Translations under genes and position numbers: made by a program
The notes under the pieces: model-generated
Told to the model about the DNA's origin: nothing
Database searches by the model: none
The model's input: only the letters and a program-made list of their open reading frames with translations
Shown: one piece after another, positions 19,838-31,670 of the stretch
How positions within the stretch are numbered: position 1 is the stretch's first letter
Layout of the letters: each line of letters opens with the position of its first letter
Source: Nitrospinaceae bacterium
GTDB taxonomy: Bacteria; Nitrospinota; Nitrospinia; Nitrospinales; Nitrospinaceae
Length of the DNA: 64,000 bases
Reading direction: 5' to 3'
Assembly (NCBI GenBank): GCA_965223665.1
Contig: OZ245011.1
Coordinates: 2,592,001 to 2,656,000, forward strand

Positions 19838-20170
19838 AAATATTAAAAATCTAAAAATAAAAATGGTTAGTTATAAAATCCAATGATTAAATTATCTCTA
19901 ATTCTTATACCATTTTATTGTTTAAGAGTTTAGAGGAAGAAATTGGCAGGATTAGCAAGATTAGCAGTCTAACATTTAAAGTTTTGTTATTTGGAATTGT
20001 GAAGGGAGAAAAAATCAAATTCTAGCAGGCAAATAAATTCCCACCACTCCCATTGGTTGGTTTCTTGACAAGCTTGAGGAAAATTGACTAACTTTTAATT
20101 CTCTTGCCTATTAGACGCCTATTAATAAAAATAGGGACTTCAGGAAAACCTTATAACTTATTGTTTTTAT

Positions 20171-20217
20171 TGATGAGCCGTCAAGAAATCGAACCCTCAA
20201 CCTACTGATTAAGAGTC
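20171..20217 (-). pseudogene. Degenerate 3' half of tRNA-Lys(CTT), att-like relic
   Basis: Reverse complement GACTCTTAATCAGTAGGTTGAGGGTTCGATTTCTTGACGGCTCATCA: anticodon loop CT-CTT-AA, GGTTCGA T-loop, damaged CCA; no D-arm or 5' half upstream. Confidence 0.75.
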
Positions 20218-20329
20218 TTTGGCTTTTAGTTGCTTAAATGAAAACTACATTTATTTGATAAAAAAGTGATAATTTAAATTTTTTCCACGATACACAACAA
20301 AGCTACCCCTATTAACTTATTGATTTTAT

Positions 20330-20406
<77 letters not shown>

Positions 20407-20551
20407 AAAATGTTAGGATTTTCTTTGTGGGCATTTCGAAGGCAAGCTTCACGACTTTATCACTTTTTCAAAATACTATAACAGAAACTTTTGCGGTTTG
20501 GTGCATTTACTTTTCATCTCTCCCAATAGACTGAAGTTACCTAAACCGGAT

Positions 20552-21589
20552 TTATCTTTGAAACCTTTGCCCTGAAGGATGGTTGGATCCATGAATAAGG
20601 CTGTGGCAATTCAAGCAAGATTTTCCGCCAATATAAGAACTGCGGTTTCTTAATTGCTGCCCTTCATAAAGATCACTAACATGAAAAACATCCATATGAC
20701 ATTGTTGACAAAGATAAGGAACTTTTCCTTTTAAAAGCGGACGAAAATTTGATCCGTGAGGGTCATGACAGGTTGCACAGTTTTCCAAGGCTGGGGGATG
20801 TTGCCATAAAAACGGACCTCTCTTTTCCTGATGGCATATGAAACAGGTTTCGTTAATGGTGGATCGTTTCAACAGACTTGGACCAAAGCCTCCGTGAGGA
20901 TTATGGCAGGAACCACAATCCTGTTTGCCTTCTTTTAAGGGCATATGAGATGTTCGGAACATTTTTGCTCTTACATTTCTGTGACAAGAAAAGCAGCTTC
21001 GCTTTGGATCTTCCGTAATTAACAATTTTCGTTTTCCTCTTTTATTCATCACATAATGACAATTGTCACAACTGACCTCCATCATTTGATGAGAACTTCC
21101 TTTCCAAGACATCAATTTTGAGTTTTCGTGACATTGTAAACAGATTGCATTTTTTTTTATGGGCTCTATTGATGAAAAAGAAACTACAAATTTTGCTCCT
21201 GTTTTTTTTGTGACAGAAGGCAATCGTTTTTTAATAGAAGCTATTTCGTTTAAATGTTTACTCATCGGACCATGACAGGTTTCACAAATGGTAGCTAAAT
21301 TTTTCCCATATTTTCTAACCAGCCATTTGGCGTGCTTGGTTCGTCCAAACGCCTTAATATAATCTTTGTGACATAACAAACATTCAGTCTGGTCATTTGA
21401 ATCGCTTTTTTGAGGAATAGGAGCAACCCCTTTGAGGTTGGGATTAATTTTTTCCCAATTTATTGTTTTTTCGGCATGAAGCGGTGATGAAATCGTAACA
21501 TTTAGGGCAACTAATATAAAAAAAGTATGCGTAAAAATTTTCAAATTAATTTCCTTAAAGTAAGGTAGGAGAAAAAAGTTTTTACCCAA
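20552..21589 (-). CDS. mtrA: Decaheme c-type cytochrome, DmsE/MtrA/PioA family
   Basis: Ten CxxCH motifs; KRGPFLWQHPP, CHDPHGS and C-terminal IHGSNHPSGQRFQR; signal peptide. Confidence 0.9.
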   Translation of the reverse strand: MGKNFFLLPYFKEINLKIFTHTFFILVALNVTISSPLHAEKTINWEKINPNLKGVAPIPQKSDSNDQTECLLCHKDYIKAFGRTKHAKWLVRKYGKNLATICETCHGPMSKHLNEIASIKKRLPSVTKKTGAKFVVSFSSIEPIKKNAICLQCHENSKLMSWKGSSHQMMEVSCDNCHYVMNKRGKRKLLITEDPKRSCFSCHRNVRAKMFRTSHMPLKEGKQDCGSCHNPHGGFGPSLLKRSTINETCFICHQEKRGPFLWQHPPALENCATCHDPHGSNFRPLLKGKVPYLCQQCHMDVFHVSDLYEGQQLRNRSSYIGGKSCLNCHSLIHGSNHPSGQRFQR

Positions 21590-21604
21590 AGTTTATTTTA
21601 AGTA

Positions 21605-22024
21605 TTAATTTTTTACTTTTATTAATACTTTATCCATTATTGGCGGATTATAAGGAACATGGTTTCCATATGAAAAAAGTGCAATTATTACGTGATTTCC
21701 AGGTTCCATTTTTAATTTTACACAGGTTTGTGCTTTAGATAAATGAATGGCCTCCTTACGCTTTAAAGGTTTACTTAAATCTGCAGGCAAGGAACTAAAT
21801 AATATATGATGATGGCCAAATCCTTCTCTTGTTCCATTATCTGCTGGTTCAAGAATTAATCCTTTCACCCCCATACAAAGTTTAAAAGGGTTAGTCACTT
21901 CTGCCCCACTTTCAGGCAGAGTGATAATGACTTGCCTTTCCCCAGCCCGTCCTAGACCTAAAAAAAGAAAGAAATAAAGTGGCCATATAAAATAATTTAT
22001 TTTCAAAAAAAATTTAAAAGACAT
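21605..22024 (-). CDS. DUF4399-like exported protein
   Basis: GAEVTNPFKLCMGVKG...GHHHIL...IHLSKAQT...PGNH...NHVP. Confidence 0.65.
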   Translation of the reverse strand: MSFKFFLKINYFIWPLYFFLFLGLGRAGERQVIITLPESGAEVTNPFKLCMGVKGLILEPADNGTREGFGHHHILFSSLPADLSKPLKRKEAIHLSKAQTCVKLKMEPGNHVIIALFSYGNHVPYNPPIMDKVLIKVKN

Positions 22025-22046
22025 TTCATCAATTTTAAATCAAAAA

Positions 22047-24032
22047 TTAAGTATACTTTTTTGAATTTACAAAACCATTAATAATCTCAAGAAAATTAGC
22101 AATTTCTATAGGCTTAGTGATATAAGCTTCAAAACCGGCGCTCATGGCTTTTTTTATATCGCTTTCCATAGCATCGGCACTAATGGCAATGACTGGTATG
22201 TGTTTAGTCTTCTCAATTGATCTTAATATCTTTAATGCTTCAATTCCATCTAGTTCCGGAAGGTTAATGTCCATTAAAATCAAATCAGGTTGATGAGTTT
22301 TGGCCAATTCAATTCCTAATTTTGCCTGAGGAGCAGAAAGCAAGTTTATTGATTCGTGAACTGATAAAATATCTTCAACCAAACTTAAATTGAGGGGATT
22401 ATCCTCAACATATAAAATTTGAAAATGGTCTGCAGAAGTAAAATGTTCTTTTTCCTCTTTCTTAAAATCGGGTTCCTTATCAAGTAAAAAATCACCTTTC
22501 ACAAGATTCAGTTCAATGAAAAACGTGGTACCTTTATCCTGATCACTTTGAAAGAATATTTCACCTTCCATTAAGTTCACTAATCTTCTTGAGATCGCTA
22601 GACCAATTCCCGTCCCATCAATCTCAGTATTTTCCCAATCCAACCTCTCAAAAGGTTGAAAAATTCTTGACTGCTGCTCAGGAGAAATTCCTATTCCAGT
22701 ATCCTCCATTTTAATACAAACCTTATTGGCACCCTTTTTTTCATAAGAAATTCTCACCAATCCATTTTCAGTATTGTATTTTATCGCATTTGTAATCAAA
22801 TTAAGTAATACTTGGCGGAGCCTCAGCTTATCGGCAAGAATAATGACGGGTGCATTTCCTTTACAATTATCAATAATCCTAACGGAATGCTCTTGGGCCA
22901 TAGGCTGGAGAAGTCCAATTAATTCATCTTTTAAATCAATAAAATTTACCTGCTCTAATAGCAAACCAATTTTTCCTGATTCAATTGAAGACAAATCTAA
23001 TATTTCGTTAATTAAAGCTAATAGATGATTCCCAGCAATTCGAATTTGTTTTAAGTTTTGCTCAAAATTGGCGATTTTATTCTTTTGAACTTGCATTTCC
23101 ATTAATTGACTAAAACCCAAAATTGCATTCATGGGGGTTCTCAGTTCGTGACTCATTCTGGATAAAAATTCACTTTTTGCCTGGTTCGCTTTTACAGCTT
23201 CCTCTTTCGCATATTCTAAATCCTGAGTTCTTTCTTTAACACGATTTTCTAGTTCTAAATTTAGATTAGTCATTGCCAAATTTTGTTTTTGTATTTGTGT
23301 AAGCATTTGGTTATAGCGATCGATCAAAACTCCTAATTCATCTTCACTTTGCTTTTGTGCCCGGAGCCTATAATCTCGTTTTAAAGCAACATGATTTGAG
23401 ACATCTGCCAAGTGTCTTATAGGTCTGGAAATATGATTGGAAAGAAAAATGGCAAGAAAAATTCCAATTAATAAAACCACAGATGCAAAAACAATGGATT
23501 CAGTTTGGTTCAACAAAATTTCACGATTTAACGACTCTAATGATAACCCTATAATCACCTTTCCTTTATGAATAGATTCTTGTTGAATTTGATCAAATGC
23601 TTCAATGTCCTGTGACAAAAAAAGTACCTCATCAATTAAAAAGGAACCTGTTTTTTGTAATAATATTTTTTGATCCCATTTACTTTCTTTTTTGGGGTCC
23701 AGGGTGGCAACAACCTCACTTTTTGAATCGTATATAGAAAGAAAAACCAATCGTTCATCCTGTTTCAACCAGTTGATGGTGTTTCTAATATATTCAAAAT
23801 CAAAATTCTTGAATCCAAATGCTGTAGTTTCGGAAACCACTTTTGCCATATTTTTAATTTCACTTTGGGCTGACTTTAATGCAAAGTTTTTATTCTCATT
23901 AACGGAGAACATTATGATTACAACTGAAACCACTGAAAGCACCAGCACAAAGCTTACTAGAATTTTTGTACGAATTGGGAGTTTTGAAAAAATGTTCTTC
24001 ATTTGAAAATTCAAAGCTTTATTAATCTCCAA
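22047..24032 (-). CDS. Membrane hybrid sensor histidine kinase (periplasmic sensor, HAMP, HisKA, HATPase, REC)
   Basis: Two TM segments, [45 protein letters not shown]...LMDINLP; alternative ATG at 24002. Confidence 0.93.
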   Translation of the reverse strand: MEINKALNFQMKNIFSKLPIRTKILVSFVLVLSVVSVVIIMFSVNENKNFALKSAQSEIKNMAKVVSETTAFGFKNFDFEYIRNTINWLKQDERLVFLSIYDSKSEVVATLDPKKESKWDQKILLQKTGSFLIDEVLFLSQDIEAFDQIQQESIHKGKVIIGLSLESLNREILLNQTESIVFASVVLLIGIFLAIFLSNHISRPIRHLADVSNHVALKRDYRLRAQKQSEDELGVLIDRYNQMLTQIQKQNLAMTNLNLELENRVKERTQDLEYAKEEAVKANQAKSEFLSRMSHELRTPMNAILGFSQLMEMQVQKNKIANFEQNLKQIRIAGNHLLALINEILDLSSIESGKIGLLLEQVNFIDLKDELIGLLQPMAQEHSVRIIDNCKGNAPVIILADKLRLRQVLLNLITNAIKYNTENGLVRISYEKKGANKVCIKMEDTGIGISPEQQSRIFQPFERLDWENTEIDGTGIGLAISRRLVNLMEGEIFFQSDQDKGTTFFIELNLVKGDFLLDKEPDFKKEEKEHFTSADHFQILYVEDNPLNLSLVEDILSVHESINLLSAPQAKLGIELAKTHQPDLILMDINLPELDGIEALKILRSIEKTKHIPVIAISADAMESDIKKAMSAGFEAYITKPIEIANFLEIINGFVNSKKYT

Positions 24033-26337
24033 TCCTATAAATAAAATACAACATAGCTAAATGTGCCTCATAATCTTGAATCGCTCGACTCAACAATAAG
24101 ACTCTTCCACCTGCTGGGGAACCTAGAAGAATATCAAGGGGTTCAAATTGGTTTAAAGCAAAATCATTATTCTCAAAGTTCTCATATAAATAGGATAAAC
24201 CCACTAAAAACTTCTTAGTAATTTTATATTCACTTTTAGTGGTAAAACTATGCAAAGTCGTTTTTAAATTGGGCAAACCTTGTGGGCTTGATAAAGCAGA
24301 CCCTGCAATAAAATTAAAACCTGAATTACTACTTGTAAAGGTATATTCTAAATCCCAAGTCAATCTATTTTTTAAAAATGAAAAATGTGCTCCGCTTCCT
24401 GCTGTATAAGACTTATCATTAGTCTCTAATTGCCAATTGAAATTTGGATTGGATCTTGACCCTGGAATCCCAAAGTTATGAGCTCTCCCCATTTGTTCTT
24501 TTTTCCAATTGTTAAAGGTGAAAAACGCAAAAAATGAACCTTGCTCCTGGAAAGCGTAATTCACATCTATTGTTATTGCTTGATTTAAAGCGTCTCTTAA
24601 TCCTAAAACACCATCAGTAAAGTTATCTATATGCAATTGGTAATTCAAACCAAATACTAGAAACTCTGTGGCCATTAAGGATAAGTTCCAACCAAATTTA
24701 TAACGATCTCGGTCAGCAATATCAAACCTTCTAAGGTCTGGAAGTTTTGCAAGCAATACCGCAGTTGGAGAAGTTAAAAATGCAGAAGTATGCCGACTAT
24801 TAGTTACCTGGGTGGCATCATATGCACTACCCGATTTCGTTGAAAATGATAAGCTAAGGTTGGTGGTAATATGAGATAAATAATTTGAAAACATGCTAAT
24901 TTTAAAAATATTTTCAATGGTATCTTCCACAGCGCGAAAACTTCGATCGTATATCTCTAACTCATAACCTAATTTCAGGCTGGTTGCGCGAAATAGTTTA
25001 TAAGTACCTTCCAGTTGAATTTGGTCTTGAATATATTCATAGGGAAGATTAAAAAGTGCGGCATCGTCTGCAGGTAGCACTTGGGCACCGGTATCATTGA
25101 TCACGGGCATAAATAATGTTTTAGGAGTTTTATTGATTGTCTGGTAATGCCGAAATTTTGCTTTTAAGTTTATTTTCGAATTTAACCTAGAATTGGCTTG
25201 AAGAGTAAAATGCAGGATATGCATTTTTGCTTCCGCAGTATTTCTGGGTAGCAAATTGGTATTTGTGGTTAAAGAATAAGGCAATAATTCTTCATCCTGA
25301 TACGAAAAACTATATTCGGCTGTCGCAGAAATTCGAGTTGTAGGTGAAAGGTTGACTCCCCCAGTAAAACTCAATCTATGAAATTGATGATCCGGCTCTC
25401 TAGAAACACGTCCTTGAAATGGCAAAGCACCTACCGTAAAGGGAGAGACACGGTCAAAAAAACCTACCGTGCCCGCATAAGGGCTCTCGAATAATACGGA
25501 TTCTTTACGATTGTCATTTAATGACAAAAGATAATCTACTTGCAATTGAACTTTTTTCCCAGAATAAGCAAATGAAGCAAGCATTTCGTTGGTAACTTGA
25601 TCAACGGGTACAGGAAGAATCGTGGAATGAGGATTTGCAGGATGATTACCTACCACCCCACCTAAAGATTGAATTCCATCTTTGTTGATCCGTTTATATT
25701 CTACTGTCCAAGATTTTTTCCCAAAGATTTTTGAAAAACCAAACCTGGTTGTATTTCTGTCATCTATTTGTAAATCTAAATTATTTGAATTAGAAATTAC
25801 ATTAGGAACCGCTGGGACAGTAATCGTTGCCGGAGTTATGGTTAACTTAGCTAAGGCAGGGTTAATTGAAAGTTGCGCACTTCCTCCCCCGGTAAATGGA
25901 GTCAAGTTTTGACTAAATAATAAATGAGGGTTTTGATCATACTCAGCATATATTGTGTAATTACTGGTTTGACCTGCTTCTAAAAACAAATTTCTATTAT
26001 CCAACCCTAAATTATCCACCCAAAAATTTAAATAATAGGTCTGATAAATATAACTTAGTTCTGCTTCACCAATTGGATACCCTCCATTGTCATCAATACC
26101 CGTATATTCCCCAAACTTAAACGTTTCTCGACTCAGGGTCGCTGAGCCAGCACCAAGTTTCACATTTCCTGATAGTCCCTCATTTACAAGACCTTCTTTG
26201 CCTTGTGGAGATTTAATCTCGTTACCAACAATTTCATATACTTCTTCTTCCAGTTTTTCCTCAGAAAACGAAACCTTCGTTAGGCTAAACCCAAAAAAGT
26301 GACTAAAAATAAAAAGAATAAAAAGTTTTTTAAACAT
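24022..26337 (-). CDS. mtrB: MtrB/PioB-family decaheme-associated outer-membrane beta-barrel
   Basis: Signal peptide, [31 protein letters not shown], amphipathic beta strands; linked decaheme gene. Confidence 0.8.
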   Translation of the reverse strand: MFKKLFILFIFSHFFGFSLTKVSFSEEKLEEEVYEIVGNEIKSPQGKEGLVNEGLSGNVKLGAGSATLSRETFKFGEYTGIDDNGGYPIGEAELSYIYQTYYLNFWVDNLGLDNRNLFLEAGQTSNYTIYAEYDQNPHLLFSQNLTPFTGGGSAQLSINPALAKLTITPATITVPAVPNVISNSNNLDLQIDDRNTTRFGFSKIFGKKSWTVEYKRINKDGIQSLGGVVGNHPANPHSTILPVPVDQVTNEMLASFAYSGKKVQLQVDYLLSLNDNRKESVLFESPYAGTVGFFDRVSPFTVGALPFQGRVSREPDHQFHRLSFTGGVNLSPTTRISATAEYSFSYQDEELLPYSLTTNTNLLPRNTAEAKMHILHFTLQANSRLNSKINLKAKFRHYQTINKTPKTLFMPVINDTGAQVLPADDAALFNLPYEYIQDQIQLEGTYKLFRATSLKLGYELEIYDRSFRAVEDTIENIFKISMFSNYLSHITTNLSLSFSTKSGSAYDATQVTNSRHTSAFLTSPTAVLLAKLPDLRRFDIADRDRYKFGWNLSLMATEFLVFGLNYQLHIDNFTDGVLGLRDALNQAITIDVNYAFQEQGSFFAFFTFNNWKKEQMGRAHNFGIPGSRSNPNFNWQLETNDKSYTAGSGAHFSFLKNRLTWDLEYTFTSSNSGFNFIAGSALSSPQGLPNLKTTLHSFTTKSEYKITKKFLVGLSYLYENFENNDFALNQFEPLDILLGSPAGGRVLLLSRAIQDYEAHLAMLYFIYRIGD

Positions 26338-26747
26338 TTAGGGGAGCGCTAAAAAATTAATCACTCATGTAGACAAGTTATTAAAAAATGCGTAGTTACA
26401 ACAGAAACCATTGAAATATAATTTAATTTGTGGTTTTAGAAAATAGAAAAAAGGAGCATTAATAAGAAGAATGTACTATCGGAATCTACAAGATCAAAAA
26501 AAGGAAAAAACTTAACTTTATAATCAAAGACAATCTCCATAAAATCAACCAAAAAAAGGTATCTTAATCTAAAACCCAATTCTTAATTTTTAGAGTAAGG
26601 CATTTTAAAGAGTTGAGTAATATTTAAATAGCTTTTTAATCAAATAAAATGCCTTTAGAATCAACAATTTATCCGATTTCCGATTTAATGAACCTGGATA
26701 GAAACGAACCAAAAATACAGTTTTTTATTGAAGTAATTTTGCGAACT

Positions 26748-29700
26748 TTAGGAATTTTTCTGTCTAAAAATATAATGTCTGTTAGCTAAAAGGGGGTGGG
26801 AAAACTTGGTGAACTCACCATTAGACCAATGAATTTCTACTTCCTTAATAGATTCATAAGCTCCTAAGCCAAAATGAACCCGTGATCCATCAAAGGAACG
26901 GAATCCTCCACTGGCTTTTACCTCGCGAAATTGATGCCGTTTCCAATCGGGTCCGTAACGAATAATTATTCGACACCCAATGCAAAATCGATTACCGGTT
27001 TCTTGTTTTAAATCAAAGGTAATGCTATTTCCTTTGCTTTCATTATTTCTATAGAATTTGAATGGGCCATAGAGAGTATTTGCAATAATATCTAAATCCC
27101 CATCATTATCGAAATCTAAATATGTATAAGAGGAACTATGGTCCAAATCTTCTAAACCAAATTCTTTTTGAGAGGGCTTAAATCCTTTTCCTTTTTGATT
27201 ATGAAAAAAGTTGTTTGAAGCAAATTCTTGGGTTATTAATACTCCATTTACAACATACAAATCCTGCCATTCATCATTATCTAAATCAGCAAACTTAGCA
27301 TTCCAACTCCATTCAGCAGTTTGGGCATTCGTATTTTCAGAAATATCTTCCCAAACATTGTTCCCTTTCCCTTTTAAAAGAATATTTGTCAGCGAACGAA
27401 AAGGAATTTCTTCCTTTCTATCAAACTCCAAAAATTTTGCTTCAAAATACATCTTACAAAGCGTTTGGCTCAATGGATGACTTTTACTTAATTTTTCGCA
27501 TAAATTAGGCTTATCTTTCTTTATAGCCAGTAAAGCCATACGGGTAGCCATACAATTCCCGACTTTTTCACGAGTTCCCAATTGATCACATCTTTCGGAA
27601 GTGTCTTGCCTTTCTGGATTAAGTAAAGTCACTAACTTTATAAGGTCGTGACACATATTCGATTCAATTGCACTTACCCCAGGCTTGCAAAAATTTCTAC
27701 CCACTTCCTTCATTCCTTGACCAAAAATATTAGATACGACATCAATTCCTCTGCTAAAACCAATATTAGCCAAATAAATATCAGGGATTAAATCATTATC
27801 AATATCACCGGTATCCATGCTCATGGTGTTCTCAGTGGTGATAGGTATAATATTTTCCTGTTTTAAAATTTTCTGAAAATTCCCTTCTCCTTGGCCCCAA
27901 TAATAAGTATCTGCCACACGATAATCATTTCCAATCAATAAGTCTAATTTCGAATCAAGATTAATATCAGAAAGAAGTGAGGTTTGCGTTTGGCCTGGAA
28001 TGCCTGGCAAGTTTTTTAATTCAAATTGAAGTTGCTTATTCAAGACTAATTGATTTTGAGATTGCTCAAGAGGAGTTCTTGTTAGAACTCCTAAAAAATA
28101 GTTGCCATTTACTATATCTAAATAGCCATCCCCATCTATATCGCCAAAAGAAACTGAATTGGTAATCAGCGCAGATTTATTCGGAACAATTAATCTTTTA
28201 GGAAAAGGTTCCCGATCTGAAGATTGAATCCATAAAAAATTTCCATTATTAAAGGTCGTTGAGAATATATCCAAAACTCCATCATTGTTCATATCCACCA
28301 AGGCTACATTCATTGCTTCATTTCCTGAAAAAGTTCCTGAAAAAGTGTCTAACTTTTGGAATTTCTGTCCATTAATATTTTGGTATATTTCAATTCCTTT
28401 ATCCGTTGCAATGGCGATATCGACCCAGCCATCTCCCGTGAAATCTCCAGAAGCAATCCCTCGTCCAAAAAAGAATGGGTCAAAAAAATTAACTGAAGAT
28501 AACTTGTTAAAGTATTCAATTCCTAACTCCAGACCAAGTATTCTAGTGAAGGGTAATTCCGATGCACTAAAACTCCTTTTATTATGTGCAAAATATTCTA
28601 TTGACAAATCATTTGCGTCATACAACAGTTTTGGTTTTACCGGGGTGGTTGAAAAGAAATTTATAACTGTAGGGTTCGGGTAAGAAGTTTCTTCCTTTTC
28701 AAAATCAGTAGAATGTAATTCATTGTCTGAATGCTTCACAAAAGTTTCATAGCTCTCCAACCATCGAACGAATTGATAATCAGAGTAAGCATTAGCCACA
28801 TATCCTAAACCCATTCCAAAAAAAGCAACTATAAGGTAAAGCTGTATTGCAATTTTTAAGGAGAATGTTCTATAGACTACCAACGCTGAATAAATGCTAA
28901 AAGTTCCTAAGGTAAATAATAAAGTCATAATGAAACCTTCAGCAAGACCTGAAACTTTTAATGCTTGAGCAAGCATAATGTCAAAAGCAATAGGTAAGGG
29001 TAAAAAAGTTCCAAGGAAAGAAATAAAACCCAATGTTTTCCAGGTTACGGGCATCCCAATAAATTTTTCAAAGCTCCAAACATGACTGGCTAGTGCTCCC
29101 AGAAATCCAGCCAGAAGCATGAAGGGGACAGTTCTAATTACTATGTATTTAAAGTTTTGAAAATAATCTTTACACGATCCAATTACAGATTCTACCCAAG
29201 ATTCCTTACCGGGTAAAATATCGCATTGAATTGCAGAAGGAGTTTTCTCTAATACTTCCTTTTTGGTTTTTAAATCAGCTTTTGATATTAAAGGGACTAT
29301 CAATAAAACCAAAACTAAGGTTGAACCCACTTTTAACAAAGCCATATAAAAAGGAAAGATGGTAAACACCATAGTAAGAATAACAATATTGAGTGTGGGG
29401 GAACTAAACATTACAGCTAATGCTGTTTCCATTTTACTTCCAGCTTCGTAAATTCCCTTTGCAATGGGGGCAACACAATTTACACAAACTCCTAAGGGAG
29501 TTCCGACTAACATTCCCATCAAACTATTTTTTAACCGGTGCTCTGAAGATTTTTGGGGCAAATAACTTAAAAGAGTCAAAAATCCTCCGGCCAAAACTAA
29601 ACCAAAGGCCATTCCTCTCCAATTACTTTCATACCAATTTAATGTGGAAATGAAAACTCTTTCATAAGAAGAAGCATTTTCACTGGGCTGGAAATGAGGC

Positions 29701-29864
29701 TGGTGAGAAAGTTGGTCTTCAAAAGCCTCCATTCCAGACATTGCAGCTTTACTATCCAAGGCAGGGTATCTAGAAACTAGCCAGAATCCAAGGGATACAA
29801 AAACAATGAATACAAGTAATACAAGAGCTCTTTGCTTCTTTTCCATATTGTCCAGACAAATCAA
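26748..29864 (-). CDS. Fusion: ArsP/DUF318-like permease + FG-GAP/VCBS repeats + ASPIC/UnbV (CRTAC1-like)
   Basis: Multi-TM N-terminus with GTPLGVCVNCVAP and SSPTLN; DxxxDGxxD repeats; C-terminal VHFGLG...VEIHWSNG. Confidence 0.8.
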   Translation of the reverse strand: MICLDNMEKKQRALVLLVFIVFVSLGFWLVSRYPALDSKAAMSGMEAFEDQLSHQPHFQPSENASSYERVFISTLNWYESNWRGMAFGLVLAGGFLTLLSYLPQKSSEHRLKNSLMGMLVGTPLGVCVNCVAPIAKGIYEAGSKMETALAVMFSSPTLNIVILTMVFTIFPFYMALLKVGSTLVLVLLIVPLISKADLKTKKEVLEKTPSAIQCDILPGKESWVESVIGSCKDYFQNFKYIVIRTVPFMLLAGFLGALASHVWSFEKFIGMPVTWKTLGFISFLGTFLPLPIAFDIMLAQALKVSGLAEGFIMTLLFTLGTFSIYSALVVYRTFSLKIAIQLYLIVAFFGMGLGYVANAYSDYQFVRWLESYETFVKHSDNELHSTDFEKEETSYPNPTVINFFSTTPVKPKLLYDANDLSIEYFAHNKRSFSASELPFTRILGLELGIEYFNKLSSVNFFDPFFFGRGIASGDFTGDGWVDIAIATDKGIEIYQNINGQKFQKLDTFSGTFSGNEAMNVALVDMNNDGVLDIFSTTFNNGNFLWIQSSDREPFPKRLIVPNKSALITNSVSFGDIDGDGYLDIVNGNYFLGVLTRTPLEQSQNQLVLNKQLQFELKNLPGIPGQTQTSLLSDINLDSKLDLLIGNDYRVADTYYWGQGEGNFQKILKQENIIPITTENTMSMDTGDIDNDLIPDIYLANIGFSRGIDVVSNIFGQGMKEVGRNFCKPGVSAIESNMCHDLIKLVTLLNPERQDTSERCDQLGTREKVGNCMATRMALLAIKKDKPNLCEKLSKSHPLSQTLCKMYFEAKFLEFDRKEEIPFRSLTNILLKGKGNNVWEDISENTNAQTAEWSWNAKFADLDNDEWQDLYVVNGVLITQEFASNNFFHNQKGKGFKPSQKEFGLEDLDHSSSYTYLDFDNDGDLDIIANTLYGPFKFYRNNESKGNSITFDLKQETGNRFCIGCRIIIRYGPDWKRHQFREVKASGGFRSFDGSRVHFGLGAYESIKEVEIHWSNGEFTKFSHPLLANRHYIFRQKNS

Positions 29865-30131
29865 TGCATCAATTCATAATTGGGAAAAAGTCACTTAAAT
29901 TACCATTATCAATCGATAAGTTTCAAAATTTTTTTTCTACTTTAAACATTGATTTTCTGGCATTTAAAAGGAACGAATCAAAACCTTAGCTAATAAAAAT
30001 TAATTCACTCCTTGAGAGAGACAATTAAAATTTTATTTCGCTTTGAAGGAATAGTATTTATAAAATGAAAAATTCCCTTATACTTAAAATATTACCATTC
30101 AATTCTATTTTTTCATTTCGGAGAATATTTT

Positions 30132-31310
30132 TTGGAAACCCCTTGTCTTAATTTACTGCTTTTTTCAAACTCAACGGACAAATCAGACTTAAATCAAATT
30201 TTTTCCGAAAACTCTCAACCAAATTTCAATTTATTTTTTAAAAGTTGTCAGAATGAAAAAGAAGTAGAAATTGAGTTAGGCAAAACTTCTTATGATTTTT
30301 TGATTTTAAAATACAACCCAAACAACATTTCCTGTCAAAAATTTATTGAAAAAATTAAAAATGACTTTTCTTCCATTTTAATAATTTATCTAATTCCGGA
30401 TGATTTGAAAATTGAACAGCTAGAAAAAGTTGATGAATCCATTGAAGTAATTCAACAATCTTCTTTAAAAAAAGGTTCTCTTGAAAAAACCCTTTGGACC
30501 TTAGTAAGGAGAAAAAAGAATTTATTGAAGTTCAAAAAATTAAAAGATTCTTTTTCTAAAATAAAAAAACGCTTTGCAGCCAAACATCAAGTCTTAGTGA
30601 AATCTAATGATTATAAAGATTTACTTCTTTCCATGGGAATTCATGATATTCGAAATCCATTAGGTGCTTTAATGGGTTATACAGAAATATTGATAAATGA
30701 TCGTGAAATGATCGATCCTTCTGAAATGGAAGAAATTACTCAAGTTATGAACATAACCTGCAAGCAATTAGAAAATCTATTAGAAGATCTCTCAATGCTT
30801 TTTTTCCTTGAAAATGGAAAAATAAAACTGAACAAGACTAAAAATTCCCTAAAAGACCTTATCGAAGATCGTATTCATACCAATAAACAAGAGGCTGAGA
30901 AAAAAAATATAAAAATACTTTCAGAATATGAAAATGTGCCTAATGTTTACTTTGACTTTCAGCAAATTTCCGAGGTTTTCAATAATTTATTAAGCAACGC
31001 TATAAAATGGTCTCCTAAAAACTCAAAAATTTTTATTGAATTAAATTTAGAAGATGAATGGGCAAAAATCAGTGTAAAAGATCAAGGCCCAGGTCTTACC
31101 AAGCTAGACCAAGAAAATGTGTTTGTTCCTTTTTCTAAACTTAAAAACAAACCTCAAGGAGATGACATAGGAAGCCAACTTGGGTTGGCCATAAATAAAA
31201 AAGTTATGGATTTGCATAATGGAACTATCATGGTTAAGGGAATGCCTAATGAAGGGGCTACCTTTATCTTTGGTTTGCCCTTAGAAAACAATAGACTTTC
31301 TTCAAAATAA
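30132..31310 (+). CDS. Cytoplasmic histidine kinase with degenerate receiver-like N-terminus
   Basis: IHDIRNPLG, NLLSNAIKWS, DQGPG, LGLAI; N-terminal alpha/beta region lacks the REC aspartates. Confidence 0.85.
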   Translation: METPCLNLLLFSNSTDKSDLNQIFSENSQPNFNLFFKSCQNEKEVEIELGKTSYDFLILKYNPNNISCQKFIEKIKNDFSSILIIYLIPDDLKIEQLEKVDESIEVIQQSSLKKGSLEKTLWTLVRRKKNLLKFKKLKDSFSKIKKRFAAKHQVLVKSNDYKDLLLSMGIHDIRNPLGALMGYTEILINDREMIDPSEMEEITQVMNITCKQLENLLEDLSMLFFLENGKIKLNKTKNSLKDLIEDRIHTNKQEAEKKNIKILSEYENVPNVYFDFQQISEVFNNLLSNAIKWSPKNSKIFIELNLEDEWAKISVKDQGPGLTKLDQENVFVPFSKLKNKPQGDDIGSQLGLAINKKVMDLHNGTIMVKGMPNEGATFIFGLPLENNRLSSK

Positions 31311-31430
31311 TTTTTCCATAATTAATTTATCCCTTCACGATTTTCTCTCTATTCAAAAATTATTGTTTTTGATATAAAGTGAGACCCACTATCAGTAAAT
31401 ATTAATTTCTAATTATTTAATTGGGGAAAA

Positions 31431-31658
31431 ATGGATACTATGCGTAAAGACAGGTTTAACATTGAAATGGAAGATATTGATGCTTTCTCTTTGGAGCGCT
31501 CTCAGGATTGCCAGGAATGGGAGGATGTTTCAAAAGAGGATGTGAATGAAATTCTAGATAAGGTTTCTGAAGAAAAAGCAAAAACATTTCTTGGTGTAAT
31601 TAGAAATGGAAGTATGTGCCAATTAGGCGGCTTTTTTTATCGAATTATTCCAGATTGA
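31431..31658 (+). CDS. Small acidic hypothetical protein
   Basis: GGGG RBS, ATG, 12 bp upstream of trmL. Confidence 0.7.
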   Translation: MDTMRKDRFNIEMEDIDAFSLERSQDCQEWEDVSKEDVNEILDKVSEEKAKTFLGVIRNGSMCQLGGFFYRIIPD

Positions 31659-31670
31659 TTTTTCCCCATT

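Larger units (their letters stand above)
7644..20217. mobile_element. Defence / genomic island downstream of tRNA-Arg; boundaries approximate, no integrase seen
   Basis: Cluster of RM-type genes, visibly higher GC at about 7.6-16.9 kb than the flanks, tRNA 3' fragment at the right end. Confidence 0.6.

Noticed and set aside
20171-20217. Functional tRNA-Lys
   Set aside because: 5' half absent, T-stem mismatched, CCA end altered
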